Assembly: GCF_001194135.2 (NCBI RefSeq) | Contig: NC_069000.1 | Location: 23,947,995-24,011,994, forward strand | DNA length: 64,000 nt | Direction: 5' to 3' | Origin: Octopus bimaculoides | Taxonomy: Eukaryota | Shown here: positions 11,382 through 25,461 of the stretch, in pieces | Numbering within the stretch: position 1 is the first letter of the stretch | Layout: every line of letters starts with the position of its first letter | The notes under the pieces: model-generated | Seen by the model: only the letters and a program-made list of their open reading frames with translations | Told to the model about the DNA's origin: nothing | Databases searched by the model: none | Translations under genes and position numbers: made by a program

Positions 11382-13815
11382 TATATATATATATATATAA
11401 GTATATACACTATACATCCATATACATGCATGCACATATGCATGCACACACACACGTGCACGTGCACACACACATGCGCGCGCTTCGTGACAAATTGATT
11501 CAGCTCCATATCACTTAGAGTTTTTGGGCTTCGGATATGTATCAACCTCCTCACCTATACAGACAGAGTGAAGAGAGTTTAAAACTGAGATTGTTTGGGT
11601 TTTCCACTTGGTCTTTTCTTATCAAGAATTCTGGCAAAACAGTGACACTAGTTGATCCTATATACACTCCAAGTAGTAGAGCAAACAATCTACTGGTGTT
11701 AGTTAGTTGGTGGTGGATGGTATTTGAGAGTTCAGTAAACCACTTTGGAGTTGTCAGGTTACAATAGTAATTTACGGGTCAAGTATAGTAGTATAATGTT
11801 ACTTCAGCAGGGTGTTTGTATGTTATGATGATAGTTTACAGAATAGAAATAGTCTCACTTAGAACAAATAGGGATTATATATTCTGTAATTGAGCAAGTG
11901 CTCAAAAAGGCTAGGGTGGGTTTTCTGGGTTATCAGTGGTCAGAAGTTCATAAACAGGTGTATTTTGTTGACATCAATAAAATGGATTGGTTTTCCTGTT
12001 GTTGAATACTATGTTTGGAAGTTGAAACCCTCCTAACTATGTGGTTCACTGTTTTAGACATCTTGGCAGCTAGACTGTTCCTTTCACCATGTTGGCAAAT
12101 AAACTTTATTGATCTTCTGAAGATGATGTAAAAAAGACTCTATAAATACATTTGAATGTAACAGGGAGCAGCTGGCCTTTGGCTGATGTTTGTATCCCAT
12201 TGTGTCCACTACTCTGATTGGTTGGTATTGGCGCAATTTGTCTCCTACTCTATTGTGCCAACTGACCGTGGATAGCCAATCAGAGACTTTAGATACCATC
12301 ACATGAACAACCTTTTTCGAACCCTGTTTCAAGCCTACTTCTTTCTATAAAAATCTTGCTTTTTCCTCAATACACATCTTTGGTTTCTGACTTTTTAAGG
12401 TCAAGCCACTGACCATGTAGACACAGCCACTTCCAGCGACAACACCACAGCAACCACATTGAAACTTACCAACTTCATCCAGCAGCATTACAGCAACTTC
12501 CGTCTTCATCACCACCATCATCTTCTTAATGTCATCAACATCATCTCCCTATGTACACAGCTCAGCAAGCAACTTGCCCAGGTTCCAACACTTCTCTGTT
12601 CATGAATTACTTCACCATGTATCAACAGCGAATATACAACCTGCAAAAACTCTTGTACCAAGTGACACAGCCATGACTTCACGTATGACATGTTCCTGCA
12701 ACCAGCTCAAGCATCATGGCCATGACTTTGTGATACAATATTTCAACTACCATGTACTAATGACTATGAACTAGTATTATTTATCTTACTTATGTCTATG
12801 AATATTCTTCTCACTTCTCTTTATAGACTCTTTCACTGTCTACTTATCAACATCCTTAAACATACACAACAAACACACACATCCATGCCTATACACACAT
12901 ACACATAAACTTTCTTCTCACAACGGCCTGTCAATTTATTTCTGTATCCATGATGCACACACAGACACACATGTTATTATATCAATAAATCTTCTCTTAA
13001 TCATTCTACACGGTTGAGTTACCTTTTTCCCTCTGGCAAATATATGTACCATTCAAATTATATATTTATTGTATTGACCATATGATATACTAAAGAGCCA
13101 TTTTTGTCCCTACAATCTGATTTCAGTATTCAGCAGAGCTAAGAAAGGATTCACAACCAAAAAAAAATTAAACTTTGATTATGTGCATATATACACACAC
13201 ACAAGGAGATAAATACACTCATTCATACATGGACAGGCATATACATACATGCATATATGTAAATTAGCAAGAAGAAAATGGAGGGAATCCAGAGGTTGTA
13301 TTCATCAGCTGTTAGACATTATATTATGTCCATTTTTTTTTAATTTTAAACAGTTCAGATGATATATAAATACATGTGTAAAGTATTAGTAATTTCTAGA
13401 ATAGAGAAAGAAGAGCAGTTTCTTACAGCTGTTTCAGCCAAGAGGTCACAGTATCCCATATGGTATTTCCATCTATTCAGTGTATTGTAGTAATCTGTAG
13501 ATAAATTAGGGTACTTGGGTATGCCTCTAGGCTTCGTCAGAGAGTTTTATAAGATAGTCCAAGAAGTTCACAGGGTTAATTTATGCATATATAAATATAT
13601 AGGCTTCGTCAGAAAGTTTTATAAGATAATCCAAGAAATTCATAGGGCTAATTTATGCATATATAAATATATATATACATATATATATATATATANNNNN
13701 NNNNNNNNNNNNNNNNNNNNNNNNNNNNNNNNNNNNNNNNNNNNNNNNNNNNNNNNNNNNNNNNNNNNNNNNNNNNNNNNNNNNNNNNNNNNNNNNNNNN
13801 NNNNNNNNNNNNNNN

Positions 13816-14061
13816 CTTGTGCGGGTGGCACATAAAAGACACCATTTCGAGCGTGGCCGTTTTCGTGCGGGTGACACGTAAAAGCACCCACTACACTCTC
13901 TGAGTGGTTGGCATTAGGAAGGGCATCCAGCTGTAGAAACTCTGCCAAATTAGATTGGAGCCTGGTGTTGCCATCCGGTTTCACCAGTCCTCAGTCAAAT
14001 CGTCCAACCCATGCTAGCATGGAAAGCGGACGTTAAACGATGATGATGATGATGATGATGA
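13816..14061 (+). mobile_element. RTE-tail short element with (GAT)n tail
   Basis: Same family text as 1-103 and 58470-58672. Confidence 0.82.
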
Positions 14062-14319
14062 TACATATATACACACACACCCATACATACATAAATATAC
14101 ATACATGCATGTATATATGCATGTGCATACTTATAACAGAATTAGTTATTAGTAGGTGTAGTACAATATTCTTGTTAGAGCATGCATAAAAAGCAAAAGA
14201 GAAATAACAGTATAATCGAAGAAAATAATGGAGTTTGGGAGGGGTGCAGTTTTTTAGAACTGAAAATGCACATAAAAGGAAAAATACATATATATACATA
14301 CATACAAATATAGATACAT

Positions 14320-14354
<35 letters not shown>

Positions 14355-14391
14355 AAACAAAGTAAAGTTGTAAGATACCGCACAAGTGGAA

Positions 14392-14915
14392 ATATATATG
14401 AAAGAAGGTTTGAAAATGCAATTTTAAAGATGTTTATTCACTTTACCTTGAATATATGTATTTTAATACTTAAAGTGTTTTTAACATTTTCTTATTATTA
14501 TTATCAAAGAATGTATATTTGTATTTAATATCTTTTTGACAACCAGTCCTTAACACTACAAAGCTTATACAAAGCTTTATATTTTGAGCATATTCTTCCT
14601 ATTGTTATCAAAGAATGTATATATGTATTTTAATACTTAAACTGTTTTTTAAACATTTTCTATTATTATCAAAGAATATATATATGCATTTTTATATATG
14701 TATTTTAATACTTAAACTGTTTTTAATATTTTCTTATTATTATCAGAGAATGTATATATGTATTTTAATACTTTTGTGACAACCTGTACTTAACACTACA
14801 AAGCTTATATAAAGTTTTATATTTTACTTTTGACAATCTTTTTCTAAAACACTGAAACCGGTAAAGTGAATAAACATCTTTAAAATTGCATTTTCAAACC
14901 TTCTTTCATATATAT
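14392..14915. repeat. Perfect 56-bp inverted repeat enclosing AT-rich tandem subrepeats
   Basis: 14392-14447 is the reverse complement of 14860-14915; the interior repeats tattattatcaaagaatgtatat...ttaatacttaaactg. Confidence 0.8.
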
Positions 14916-16189
14916 GTGTGTGTGTGTGTGTGTGTATATATGTATATATATGCATATATATATATACACACACATATAACATAATATAATGTCTAACATC
15001 TGATGAATACTGTCTCTGGATTCCCTCCATTTTCTTCTTCTTGCCATATAAATTAAGGGTAAGATCACTTATTACCCATGCCTAGTTATTATACTCAGGA
15101 GGGGAATTGCCACGCAATAACCAACACTTGTGTATTAATTAGGTATTCTACCAGCAGTATATTGGATAGATACTATCCCTTAGTTGGTTGGATTCACAAC
15201 CTCTAACTTTCTTTAAATTACATATATGTATATATACACATATTCATATACTTCCCTTTTGTGTGTATATATATGTGCATAATTTGTATATACCTCTTTT
15301 TGTGTGTATATGTATGCGCATAATCAATGTTCATGCTTGCACACAATAACAAAGTATATTTTTGTCCATCTTTGTAATTGCACATATATAATACTATAAA
15401 ATGAATGCATATGTGGATGTATATATTTTTGTGTATAGAAATATGTGTGTATGATATATAATATATAAGTGCCAGNNNNNNNNNNNNNNNNNNNNNNNNN
15501 NNNNNNNNNNNNNNNNNNNNNNNNNNNNNNNNNNNNNNNNNNNNNNNNNNNNNNNNNNNNNNNNNNNNNNNNNNNNNNNNNNNNNNNNNNNNNNNNNNNN
15601 NNNNNNNNNNNNNNNNNNNNNNNNNNNNNNNNNNNNNNNNNNNNNNNNNNNNNNNNNNNNNNNNNNNNNNNNNNNNNNNNNNNNNNNNNNNNNNNNNNNN
15701 NNNNNNNNNNNNNNNNNNNNNNNNNNNNNNNNNNNNNNNNNNNNNNNNNNNNNNNNNNNNNNNNNNNNTTAAACGATGATGATGATGATGATGAACTACT
15801 TATCTATCCCTTTTTTTTTTATCTGTAATTGTTTATACATCTTAGTTATCTATAAATTAAACACACATTGTCATAAGTTACAAATTCACTTACATATTAC
15901 TTCAACTCAATCTTAAAAATATTTTCAATTATGAAAACAATGGTAATTATAAACTTTGAGGTTTTTGTTTGTTTGTGAATTGTGAATGTGTTGTGTGTGT
16001 GCGTGCGTGCGAGTGTGTGTGCATGTATATGTGTGTATGTGTCTGTATGATTGTCTAGACATATAAATGCTAATATGGTTTTTTATTATATTTGTTCCTT
16101 GTTTTTAGTTAAAATAGTATACACATTTATTTCTATATCTCCTCATTCCCCCATGAGAAAATTATGTCTTATTGTTTTATTTATGTATC

Positions 16190-16526
16190 TTTTATCTTTC
16201 ACTTGTTTCAGCCATTGGACTGTGGCTATGCTGGGGCACTGCCTTGAAGAATTTTTAGTCAAATGAATTGACCCAAGTACTTTTTTAAGCCTGGTACTTA
16301 TTCTATTGGTCTATTTTTGCCAAACTGTTAAGTTATGGGGACATAAATACAGACACTGGTTGCCAAGACAGATACAAAGACACACACACAAACACTCATA
16401 CATACACAACAGGCTTCTGTCTACCAAATCCACTCACAAGGCATTGGTCAGCCTGAGGCTATAGTAGAAGACACTTGCCCAAGGTGCCATGCAGTGGGAC
16501 TGAGCCTATGGTTACACCTGTGCCTA
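16190..16526 (-). mobile_element. tRNA-derived SINE, family C
   Basis: Homologous to 58858-59236 (ccttgggcaagtgtcttctactatag..., 3' cagtggctgaaacaagt). Confidence 0.75.
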
Positions 16527-16619
16527 TTTATGTATTTTTGTACATACATCTGTATTATTTTGTTGTATCAAAATAGCTATATATAACTAGTTGTAACCAT
16601 CTTTCTTATTTAGCATGTG

Positions 16620-17119
<500 letters not shown>

Positions 17120-18059
17120 NNNNNNNNNNNNNNNNNNNNNNNNNNNNNNNNNNNNNNNNNNNNNNNNNNNNNNNNNNNNNNNNNNNNNNNNNNNNNNNNN
17201 NNNNNNNNNNNNNNNNNNNNNNNNNNNNNNNNNNNNNNNNNNNNNNNNNNNNNNNNNNNNNNNNNNNNNNNNNNNNNNNNNNNNNNNNNNNNNNNNNNNN
17301 NNNNNNNNNNNNNNNNNNNNNNNNNNNNNNNNNNNNNNNNNNNNNNNNNNNNNNNNNNNNNNNNNNNNNNNNNNNNNNNNNNNNNNNNNNNNNNNNNNNN
17401 NNNNNNNNNNNNNNNNNNNNNNNNNNNNNNNNNNNNNNNNNNNNNNNNNNNNNNNNNNNNNNNNNNNNNNNNNNNNNNNNNNNNNNNNNNNNNNNNNNNN
17501 NNNNNNNNNNNNNNNNNNNNNNNNNNNNNNNNNNNNNNNNNNNNNNNNNNNNNNNNNNNNNNNNNNNNNNNNNNNNNNNNNNNNNNNNNNNNNNNNNNNN
17601 NNNNNNNNNNNNNNNNNNNNNNNNNNNNNNNNNNNNNNNNNNNNNNNNNNNNNNNNNNNNNNNNNNNNNNNNNNNNNNNNNNNNNNNNNNNNNNNNNNNN
17701 NNNNNNNNNNNNNNNNNNNNNNNNNNNNNNNNNNNNNNNNNNNNNNNNNNNNNNNNNNNNNNNNNNNNNNNNNNNNNNNNNNNNNNNNNNNNNNNNNNNN
17801 NNNNNNNNNNNNNNNNNNNNNNNNNNNNNNNNNNNNNNNNNNNNNNNNNNNNNNNNNNNNNNNNNNNNNNNNNNNNNNNNNNNNNNNNNNNNNNNNNNNN
17901 NNNNNNNNNNNNNNNNNNNNNNNTATCAGCGTCAAAACTCTCTTTCAAATTTAAAACTTTGGATATATAACCAAGGAGAACGATCCTTAAGGAGTCTACT
18001 TTAGACTTTTTGCGGAGAAATCTCTTGCTATATTGGTAATGATAACATGTTTTTCTATG

Positions 18060-18089
<30 letters not shown>

Positions 18090-18092
<3 letters not shown>

Positions 18093-19215
18093 CATCATCA
18101 TCATCATCATCATCATTTAACATCCACTCTCCATACTGGCATGGAACTAGGTACAACTGTCTGTTATAGCATGGTTTCTACAACTGGATGCCCTTCCTAA
18201 CACCAACCACTTTTTAGTAGTAGTAGGTAACAGAAGCTACCTACTACTTCTAATGCTCCACCTGAGCATTTGAGGGGGCCCTTCCTTTGATGGCACTGCA
18301 CCTCTTATCTGTCCAAAGCTTGCACTGTGTACAACATATGGAGTTTCAATCCACACCCTTCTAACATATTGGCAGGGCCATCTCCTGAAGGGATTTGTGA
18401 CTTGTCTGTTTTCTTACTTACTAGGACTTTGGTTTTTGCTAAATTAACCCTTAGGCCCTTAGATTCCAAACCTTGTTTTCACACCTGAAATTTCTTCTCT
18501 AGGTCAGGTAGAGATTCAGCCATAAGAACAAGGCCACCAGGATAAAGAAGCTCCCAGGGGCACCCAGTCTTGAAATCTCCTGTTATGGCCTGGAGGACTG
18601 TGATAAATAAGAGGGGGCTAAGAACTGATCCTTGGCAAGCTCCTACCTGTACACTGAATTCATTGCTATATTCATTGCCAACCTTCATCTTACTGACAGC
18701 ATCCCTGTACAGGGCTTGTACCACCCTCACTAACCATTCGTCAATCCCAGCTTGTGCATTGACCACCAGATAAGGGAGAAGAGGGAATCTGTCAAAAGTT
18801 TTCTCCATGTCGACAAAAGCCAAGTACAGAGGTTTATTTTTGGCCAAATATTCCTCCTGCAGTTGCCTTACCAGGAATATAGCATCAGTCATGCTCCTGC
18901 CTGGCACAAATCTGAACTGCATCTCATCTACACTGACTCTCTCCTTAATTAATTGAGCTATGACCCTTTCTGTGACATTCATCACCTGGTCCAGCAATTT
19001 GATGCTTCTATAATTATTTCTGTCAAAAGCATCACCATTGTCTTTGTAGCAGTTGACTATAATGCTGTTACACCAATCATTGGGTATGACTCCTTTGTGG
19101 ACAATCTGATCAACTATACAGGTAACAAGGCTATATCATGCTCTACCAGATATTTTAAGCATCTCAGTGGTGATTCTTGATGGACTGGGTGCTTTCCCTG
19201 TCTTCACATCACTTT
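18090..19215 (-). mobile_element. RTE-clade LINE fragment (RT, Cys-rich region and tail; internally deleted)
   Basis: FVDMEKTFD, QGSVLSPLLF and WELLY motifs (ORF 18479-18997), then a jump to the (GAT)n tail. Confidence 0.85.
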
Positions 19216-19269
19216 CCTTGAAGGATATGCACTTTGGCTCCACCAGCACAACCCAACTGTGTAATGTGT

Positions 19270-20605
19270 AAGAATCTTGCCTAATGTATCCACTGGGAAG
19301 CCATGACCGATCATCCTATTAACCTGGTGCAGGAAGGTTTTTGACGTCATTCATGGATTGTCCCACCCAGGTACTAGAGCCAAGCAAATTTATCTGGCAC
19401 AGTATGGCCAAGCAAATTGGGGAATAGACGAAGACCTGCATCCCCTGTCAACAAGCCATGGTCCTTCAGTATACCAAAGCACCCCTTGGCAACTATGAAC
19501 CACCACAGGCCCATCTCAGTCACAACAGCATTGACCTTCACAGAGTTGCTCATACCTACTGACCTAAGTAGACCACTACACTTATTGACCACAGCACAGA
19601 AACACAAGAAGTCAGCCGAGCCTTCATCACAAACTGCGTTACCTGTTTCAGTGTCCCAGACATCATCTCATACGATCGGGGTCCACAATTCATCTCAAAT
19701 CTATGGAATGACACATGTGACCTTTTTGAATCAAAATGAAGTGCACAACAGCCTATCATCCACAGGCCAACGGGTTAGTGGAGAGATTTCACTGCTGCCT
19801 GAAGGAATCCCTGACAGCCAGACTTAACGGGCCCTATTGGATTGATTAACTTCCATGAGTGATGTTGGGAATCTGTACCGCTCCAAAGGAAAATCTTAAC
19901 ACTTCCACAGAAATGGTGCCAGGAGAGTTCCTTCCGAATGTGAAGTCAGACCCAGATGTCAAAAGGTAACTCGCACAACTGAGAAACAGTGTGGGTCAGT
20001 TGCGCCTTATTACCATACTAACACATGGTACACCAAGACCATCCATACCAAATGACCTACACATAGTTAACTTAATGTTTATTCGATGTGACATGTGACG
20101 AAAACCCCTCCAGTCACCCTATGATGGCCCATATGAAGTCATATGTCTGGGAGACAAATCATTCCAATTCCTAATTGGCAGATGACAAGACACAGTTTTC
20201 ATCGATAGGTTGAAACTGGCCAATCTCGATATTGACAGCCCCGCGCAAGTAGCTCAACCACCAAACAAGGGCTGCCCCAGGCAAATCACACCAAACCTTT
20301 GCAAGGAACAGTCACCAAAGAGCCAACTAACTACACACACACACACGGGCAGGGTAGTTAAAATGCCTTCCTGGTTCCAATGAGTCAACAGTTCTGGAGG
20401 AGAGTTATATGTAGGGCACTGCCCAAGGATTTGACAGATGAACTGTAGATAGGAACTTTGCTGTGGGCTAGCTAGGGAGCTGGTCTGCAGTGAAGTTGAC
20501 TTCCAGTTAAGCAGGTTTCTACAAAGCAGAAGTTGACTGGCAGCTGTCACCTTCATAAATCTTTCACTAATACATTCTGGGTCTCCGTTAATTTTTCGTG
20601 TATAG
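19270..20605 (+). mobile_element. Gypsy LTR retrotransposon 3' fragment: integrase, PPT and probable 3' LTR
   Basis: IHGLSHPG zinc-finger, DRGPQF and VERFH integrase motifs; purine tract ggaggagag precedes TGTA at 20410. Confidence 0.75.
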
Positions 20606-21084
20606 TTTAATTAAAGCTATACATGGAAAAAATAGTCATGAGAAATGAAATCCCCATGGAAGTTTTGTACAATATGTTTGAGGTACCAACACCCAAACAA
20701 TTTGAAACACACATTCTAGCACCAGAAAATGGAAAAGAACAGAAACACTGGAATTGAACCCTAAGCATAAGAGATATTAAAACTCTGAGCAGAGTTTAAT
20801 TCTCAAAAGTTAGGAGAGACTAATTCTAAAAAGGAGAGATGTTGTGGAAGAATTCGAACCACTCCCCAAGTAACCAAAGGCAGACTGACTCATTGTTATA
20901 AAATAAAGAACTGTGAACGATTGGGAGTTCGGACTGGTAAGCAGTTCACTGTGAGCCATTGACTGAGAGCAGTGAGTCTCGTGTAATAGTAATCATATTG
21001 TATTGTGTAAATATTTCTTTCCTTCTGCTTTGTTAAATTATTTATCCAACACCAGGATATAAAAATCCCCCTCCCTGTTCTTCT

Positions 21085-21354
21085 GAGTAGCATCTGTTCT
21101 CCAACATGAAAAATCTCTTGACTGGGAACCAGTATCGCAGTAACGATGGTGTCATATCTGCTGTTGATGACTCTTTTATTTTTACCAACAGGATGAAAGC
21201 TTCTTCACCAGTGGGATCCAAGCACTGCGACACCAATAGAAGAAGTGGGTGGACTGTAAGGAGTGAGGATCTTTGTTTAAAAATAGACCTCATTTGGTCA
21301 TATTCCATGAGAGTATCTTGGTCAGCCTATGAAATTTTCAGCCAACACTCATAC
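21085..21354 (+). mobile_element. Mariner transposase 3' fragment with right TIR
   Basis: NMKNLLTGNQYRSNDGVISAVDD resembles a mariner C-terminus; ends ...ttttcagccaacactcata. Confidence 0.65.
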
Positions 21355-21959
21355 TTTACAGATTGATCATAACAACAGTATGTGTATATGTGTGCATGTA
21401 AATAGATAGTTACTCAAACTGGTAGATAGATAAATAGATAGATTATAATGTGAATGGATTTTCAAAGAATAGCAAAGGAAACAGAGCATCATTTGTGCTT
21501 GATACAAAAATATTTGTCACATAAGTGAAGATGGTTCTTATTCAAAAGAAAACTGGGTTGTAGGACTTATCTCAGTTGAAGCTTATTCATTGCATTATAT
21601 TATATATTTATTTAAAAAAAAAAGAATTTATACTTAATATATTAAATACTAGAATGTAACCCATACTTTCAGAATATACTTTTACAACCATGGCTGATAT
21701 CTGGAAATATGGCATACATACAATAATTAAACTTTTATCAAATTTCTTGTTGCATATGCAAAATTATGAATACTAATTTTCAAGAGAAAAATATTTATTA
21801 TTATTTACTCTCCCTTCTTTTCTTGTTCCAATGATTATTTCACTCTCACTGTGTGGCTTTCATTTACTCATTGCCTGCCACCAAGTCAAATATTTCCGCC
21901 TGTCCTGCACTTATGTTACCTCTACGTCCCTCTCTCTCTCTTTCTGTCTCTCTCTCTCT

Positions 21960-22168
21960 TTACGAGATTGCCAGTATTTCTTACTTGAGCATAGAATTCG
22001 AAGAGAATGAGATTTCGTGAAGTTCGTACCTCAATTTTATCAGGGAAATGAAATGATCACACTTCAACCCAAAATCGAAACCGGAATGCAGACTCCGCAG
22101 TTCGTTAGGAGTTAAGACTAATAATCATAACTAATTAGTCATAAGAAAATGGCGGTATTGTTAACAAC
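21960..22168. promoter_or_regulatory. CpG-enriched promoter / 5' UTR of BBS12, possibly bidirectional
   Basis: Local CpG enrichment in otherwise CpG-poor DNA; ACCGGAA (ETS-like) and AAAATGGCG (YY1-like) motifs directly upstream of coding exon 1. Confidence 0.6.
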
Positions 22169-22172
22169 ATGA
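22149..22172 (+). promoter_or_regulatory. 7-codon uORF (MAVLLTT*) whose TGA overlaps the BBS12 ATG
   Basis: aaaATG GCG GTA TTG TTA ACA ACA TGA; ATGA overlap at 22169-22172. Confidence 0.5.
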
Positions 22173-22232
22173 CAATGTTTACTAGGGAAGAAACCGACCT
22201 TACTACTACAGTAGATATTACTGTATCTTTAG
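22169..22232 (+). CDS. BBS12: BBS12 coding exon 1 (MTMFTREETDLTTTVDITVSL)
   Basis: Donor AG|GTAAAT, phase 1; joins exon 2 to give SLARYATSMLG, in register with recalled human SFAETGRTFLG. Confidence 0.62.
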
Positions 22233-22637
22233 GTAAATCAAATCTCATTGAAAATTGGCAATATTTACATTTTCTCAAAGTTTTGTTTGCTTCTCGTTAT
22301 TTTAAAGTCCACCATTGTCGTTTTATAAACAACTTCGGCACAAACCCAGTCATACTTGTTGCTATGTAATTAACATACCCGCTTTTTACTTAACGTATCT
22401 CTAAGTATGTGATTTAAGTTTGTTTTCGCTTTTTTTTAAAGATAATACAAAATGTAAATCATATTCTCTGGTGAATTTCGATTTTGCGAATCCTGAGATA
22501 CTTAAAAAATGATTATACAATTCAAAAATAACTCAACTTTTAATTTTCAACAGGTTATTATGGGGTTTGTCATTTCATAATTAAATTTTGATTAGATGAT
22601 AAATAAGTTTGTGAATTGAAAACAAGAATAAACTTTA

Positions 22638-22689
22638 GTTAATATCATCTACGACATAGCATTTATGCTATGTCGTAGATGATATTAAC
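22638..22689. repeat. Perfect 25-bp palindrome with 2-nt spacer
   Basis: gttaatatcatctacgacatagcat-tt-atgctatgtcgtagatgatattaac. Confidence 0.9.
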
Positions 22690-24800
22690 CTTTTGTTTCC
22701 AAATTTTACTTCATTTCACTCTATAAGATTTAGGCATACCTACACAAGTGTGCCTCCCGATTTTGTTTCCTCATAATTTTCAGAAAATTGAATATTTTTA
22801 AATGAAATTCTCAGATATACTTTAGATGGTGTAGATTCCGATTATATCGGAATTTGTTGTAAAAAAAATAAACTCCGTAAGTGGGGAGAGAGGTTTCAGA
22901 AAATTCACACGAGTCTGCTTTGTTTTTCCATAACTTTCAGAAAAATTGGTATTTTTCAATGAAATTTTCAACAAGCACCTTTCTTAGTGTTTGAATTACG
23001 ATTATATGAAGAACAAAATTGGTGAATTCGTACACACACAGACACACACACATATATATAGTCACACATCACATATCTACAAAATGTAACTTGAAATTTC
23101 GAAAAACATTGTGATATGTGACAATATCTATGTTTGCGTGTTAATTTTTTTTCATATTAAGTTCCGATACAGTCGTAATCTACACACTCTGAAAGGTATT
23201 TGTAGAAAATTTCCTGAAAAAGGACCCATTTTCCTGAAAGTTATAGGGAAACAGCCGACTTGTATGAATTTTCCGAAACTCTTCTTCTACCTATATATTT
23301 TTTTTTTTGCTTTTTTGTTCTGCTTTTTTTCACAACAGATTTGATATAATCAGAATTTACACCATATGAAGCATATTTGTTGAAAATTTCATTAAAAAAT
23401 ATCCATTTTCTAGCAATTATGAGGAAACAAACTCGGGCGGGGCACACTTGTTTAGGTGACATGATTCCTCTAACTGATTCAAATTCTGTTTTTAACACAA
23501 ACAGAAGCAAAGTTTCTCAGAAATTAGCTCGAATAATTGGATTTTTTCTTCACGCGATTCACACGGCGATATGCACAACAAAGATTATGTGGAGTGAAAC
23601 TCTGGGATACCACTGTTATTTATTTTATAACATAAACATGTACAACTTTTAGAACATTGTCATTTTATAAGATTTTGCTGGCAAATNNNNNNNNNNNNNN
23701 NNNNNNNNNNNNNNNNNNNNNNNNNNNNNNNNNNNNNNNNNNNNNNNNNNNNNNNNNNNNNNNNNNNNNNNNNNNNNNNNNNNNNNNNNNNNNNNNNNNN
23801 NNNNNNNNNNNNNNNNNNNNNNNNNNNNNNNNNNNNNNNNNNNNNNNNNNNNNNNNNNNNNNNNNNNNNNNNNNNNNNNNNNNNNNNNNNNNNNNNNNNN
23901 NNNNNNNNNNNNNNNNNNNNNNNNNNNNNNNNNNNNNNNNNNNNNNNNNNNNNNNNNNNNNNNNNNNNNNNNNNNNNNNNNNNNNNNNNNNNNNNNNNNN
24001 NNNNNNNNNNNNNNNNNNNNNNNNNNNNNNNNNNNNNNNNNNNNNNNNNNNNNNNNNNNNNNNNNNNNNNNNNNNNNNNNNNNNNNNNNNNNNNNNNNNN
24101 NNNNNNNNNNNNNNNNNNNNNNNNNNNNNNNNNNNNNNNNNNNNNNNNNNNNNNNNNNNNNNNNNNNNNNNNNNNNNNNNNNNNNNNNNNNNNNNNNNNN
24201 NNNNNNNNNNNNNNNNNNNNNNNNNNNNNNNNNNNNNNNNNNNNNNNNNNNNNNNNNNNNNNNNNNNNNNNNNNNNNNNNNNNNNNNNNNNNNNNNNNNN
24301 NNNNNNNNNNNNNNNNNNNNNNNNNNNNNNNNNNNNNNNNNNNNNNNNNNNNNNNNNNNNNNNNNNNNNNNNNNNNNNNNNNNNNNNNNNNNNNNNNNNN
24401 NNNNNNNNNNNNNNNNNNNNNNNNNNNNNNNNNNNNNNNNNNNNNNNNNNNNNNNNNNNNNNNNNNNNNNNNNNNNNNNNNNNNNNNNNNNNNNNNNNNN
24501 NNNNNNNNNNNNNNNNNNNNNNNNNNNNNNNNNNNNNNNNNNNNNNNNNNNNNNNNNNNNNNNNNNNNNNNNNNNNNNNNNNNNNNNNNNNNNNNNNNNN
24601 NNNNNNNNNNNNNNNNNNNNNNNNNNNNNNNNNNNNNNNNNNNNNNNNNNNNNNNNNNNNNNNTATTTCCCCCAAAAAAATAAATTCTAAAAAAAGTGAA
24701 AAAAATTGAAGAAATTGGGGGGATGGGAGGGAAATTGAAATTTTTTTACAGATTCGGAATCTCCGTAGCTGAAAACGGGTTTCTGTAGAGAAAAAAAAAA

Positions 24801-25035
24801 CTCCCCATCTCCAAGTGGGAGCTGACGTATGTAGGAGACTGAGATGCCACTGTGGTAGGTCCCTCGGCCCTGCAGGTCTTCACGGTCTATCTTGCCACCT
24901 AAATGCTGGTCACTTCGCTTGTCACACCGAGCTAAACCTAATCATTAAGCTGGCCCTGGCTTGGATTAATATCCCCTCGGTTCTAGAGCCGTCAGGATTA
25001 TCCAGAAGTGATGGAAAGAGACCAGGGTCAAACTA
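24801..25035 (+). mobile_element. CRE-clade retroelement C-terminal fragment (Zn knuckle and start of RLE)
   Basis: GADVCRRLRCHCG...GLHGLSC...HTELN...LEPSGLSRSDGKRP. Confidence 0.78.
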
Positions 25036-25461
25036 AAGTGTTTGACCAAAAATTTTTAGATTTCAATTTTAAAATAAAAAAAAGGTAGCCCCTCCCCTAC
25101 ATCTCACAAATGTACGGTATTTACAGGATGTTTTTAAAACCTTTTGGTCAATGCGCAAGCATAGGGGTTTCCCAATAAGCCTTCAAGTAGTCTCTCCACT
25201 ATCTGGAAATAACAGCCAAATCTCAGATAAACTCTACATACTTTGTAAGCATTCCTACACAAGTGTGCCCCCTCGACTTTGTTTCTCCATAACTTTGAAA
25301 AAAAATTGATATTTTTAAATAAAAGTTTCTACATATATTCTTGGAACATTTTGGAAAAAATTTTCCAAATAGTGGGGAGAGGAATTTAGAAAAATTCCCA
25401 TATCAGCTTTGTTTCTTCACAAAATTTTCTACATATATGCTTCAGACACTGTAGGTTTTGA

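Noticed and set aside
13530-13675. Two tandem ~72-bp units
   Set aside because: Only two AT-rich units with no spacer; an ordinary local duplication, not a CRISPR-like array
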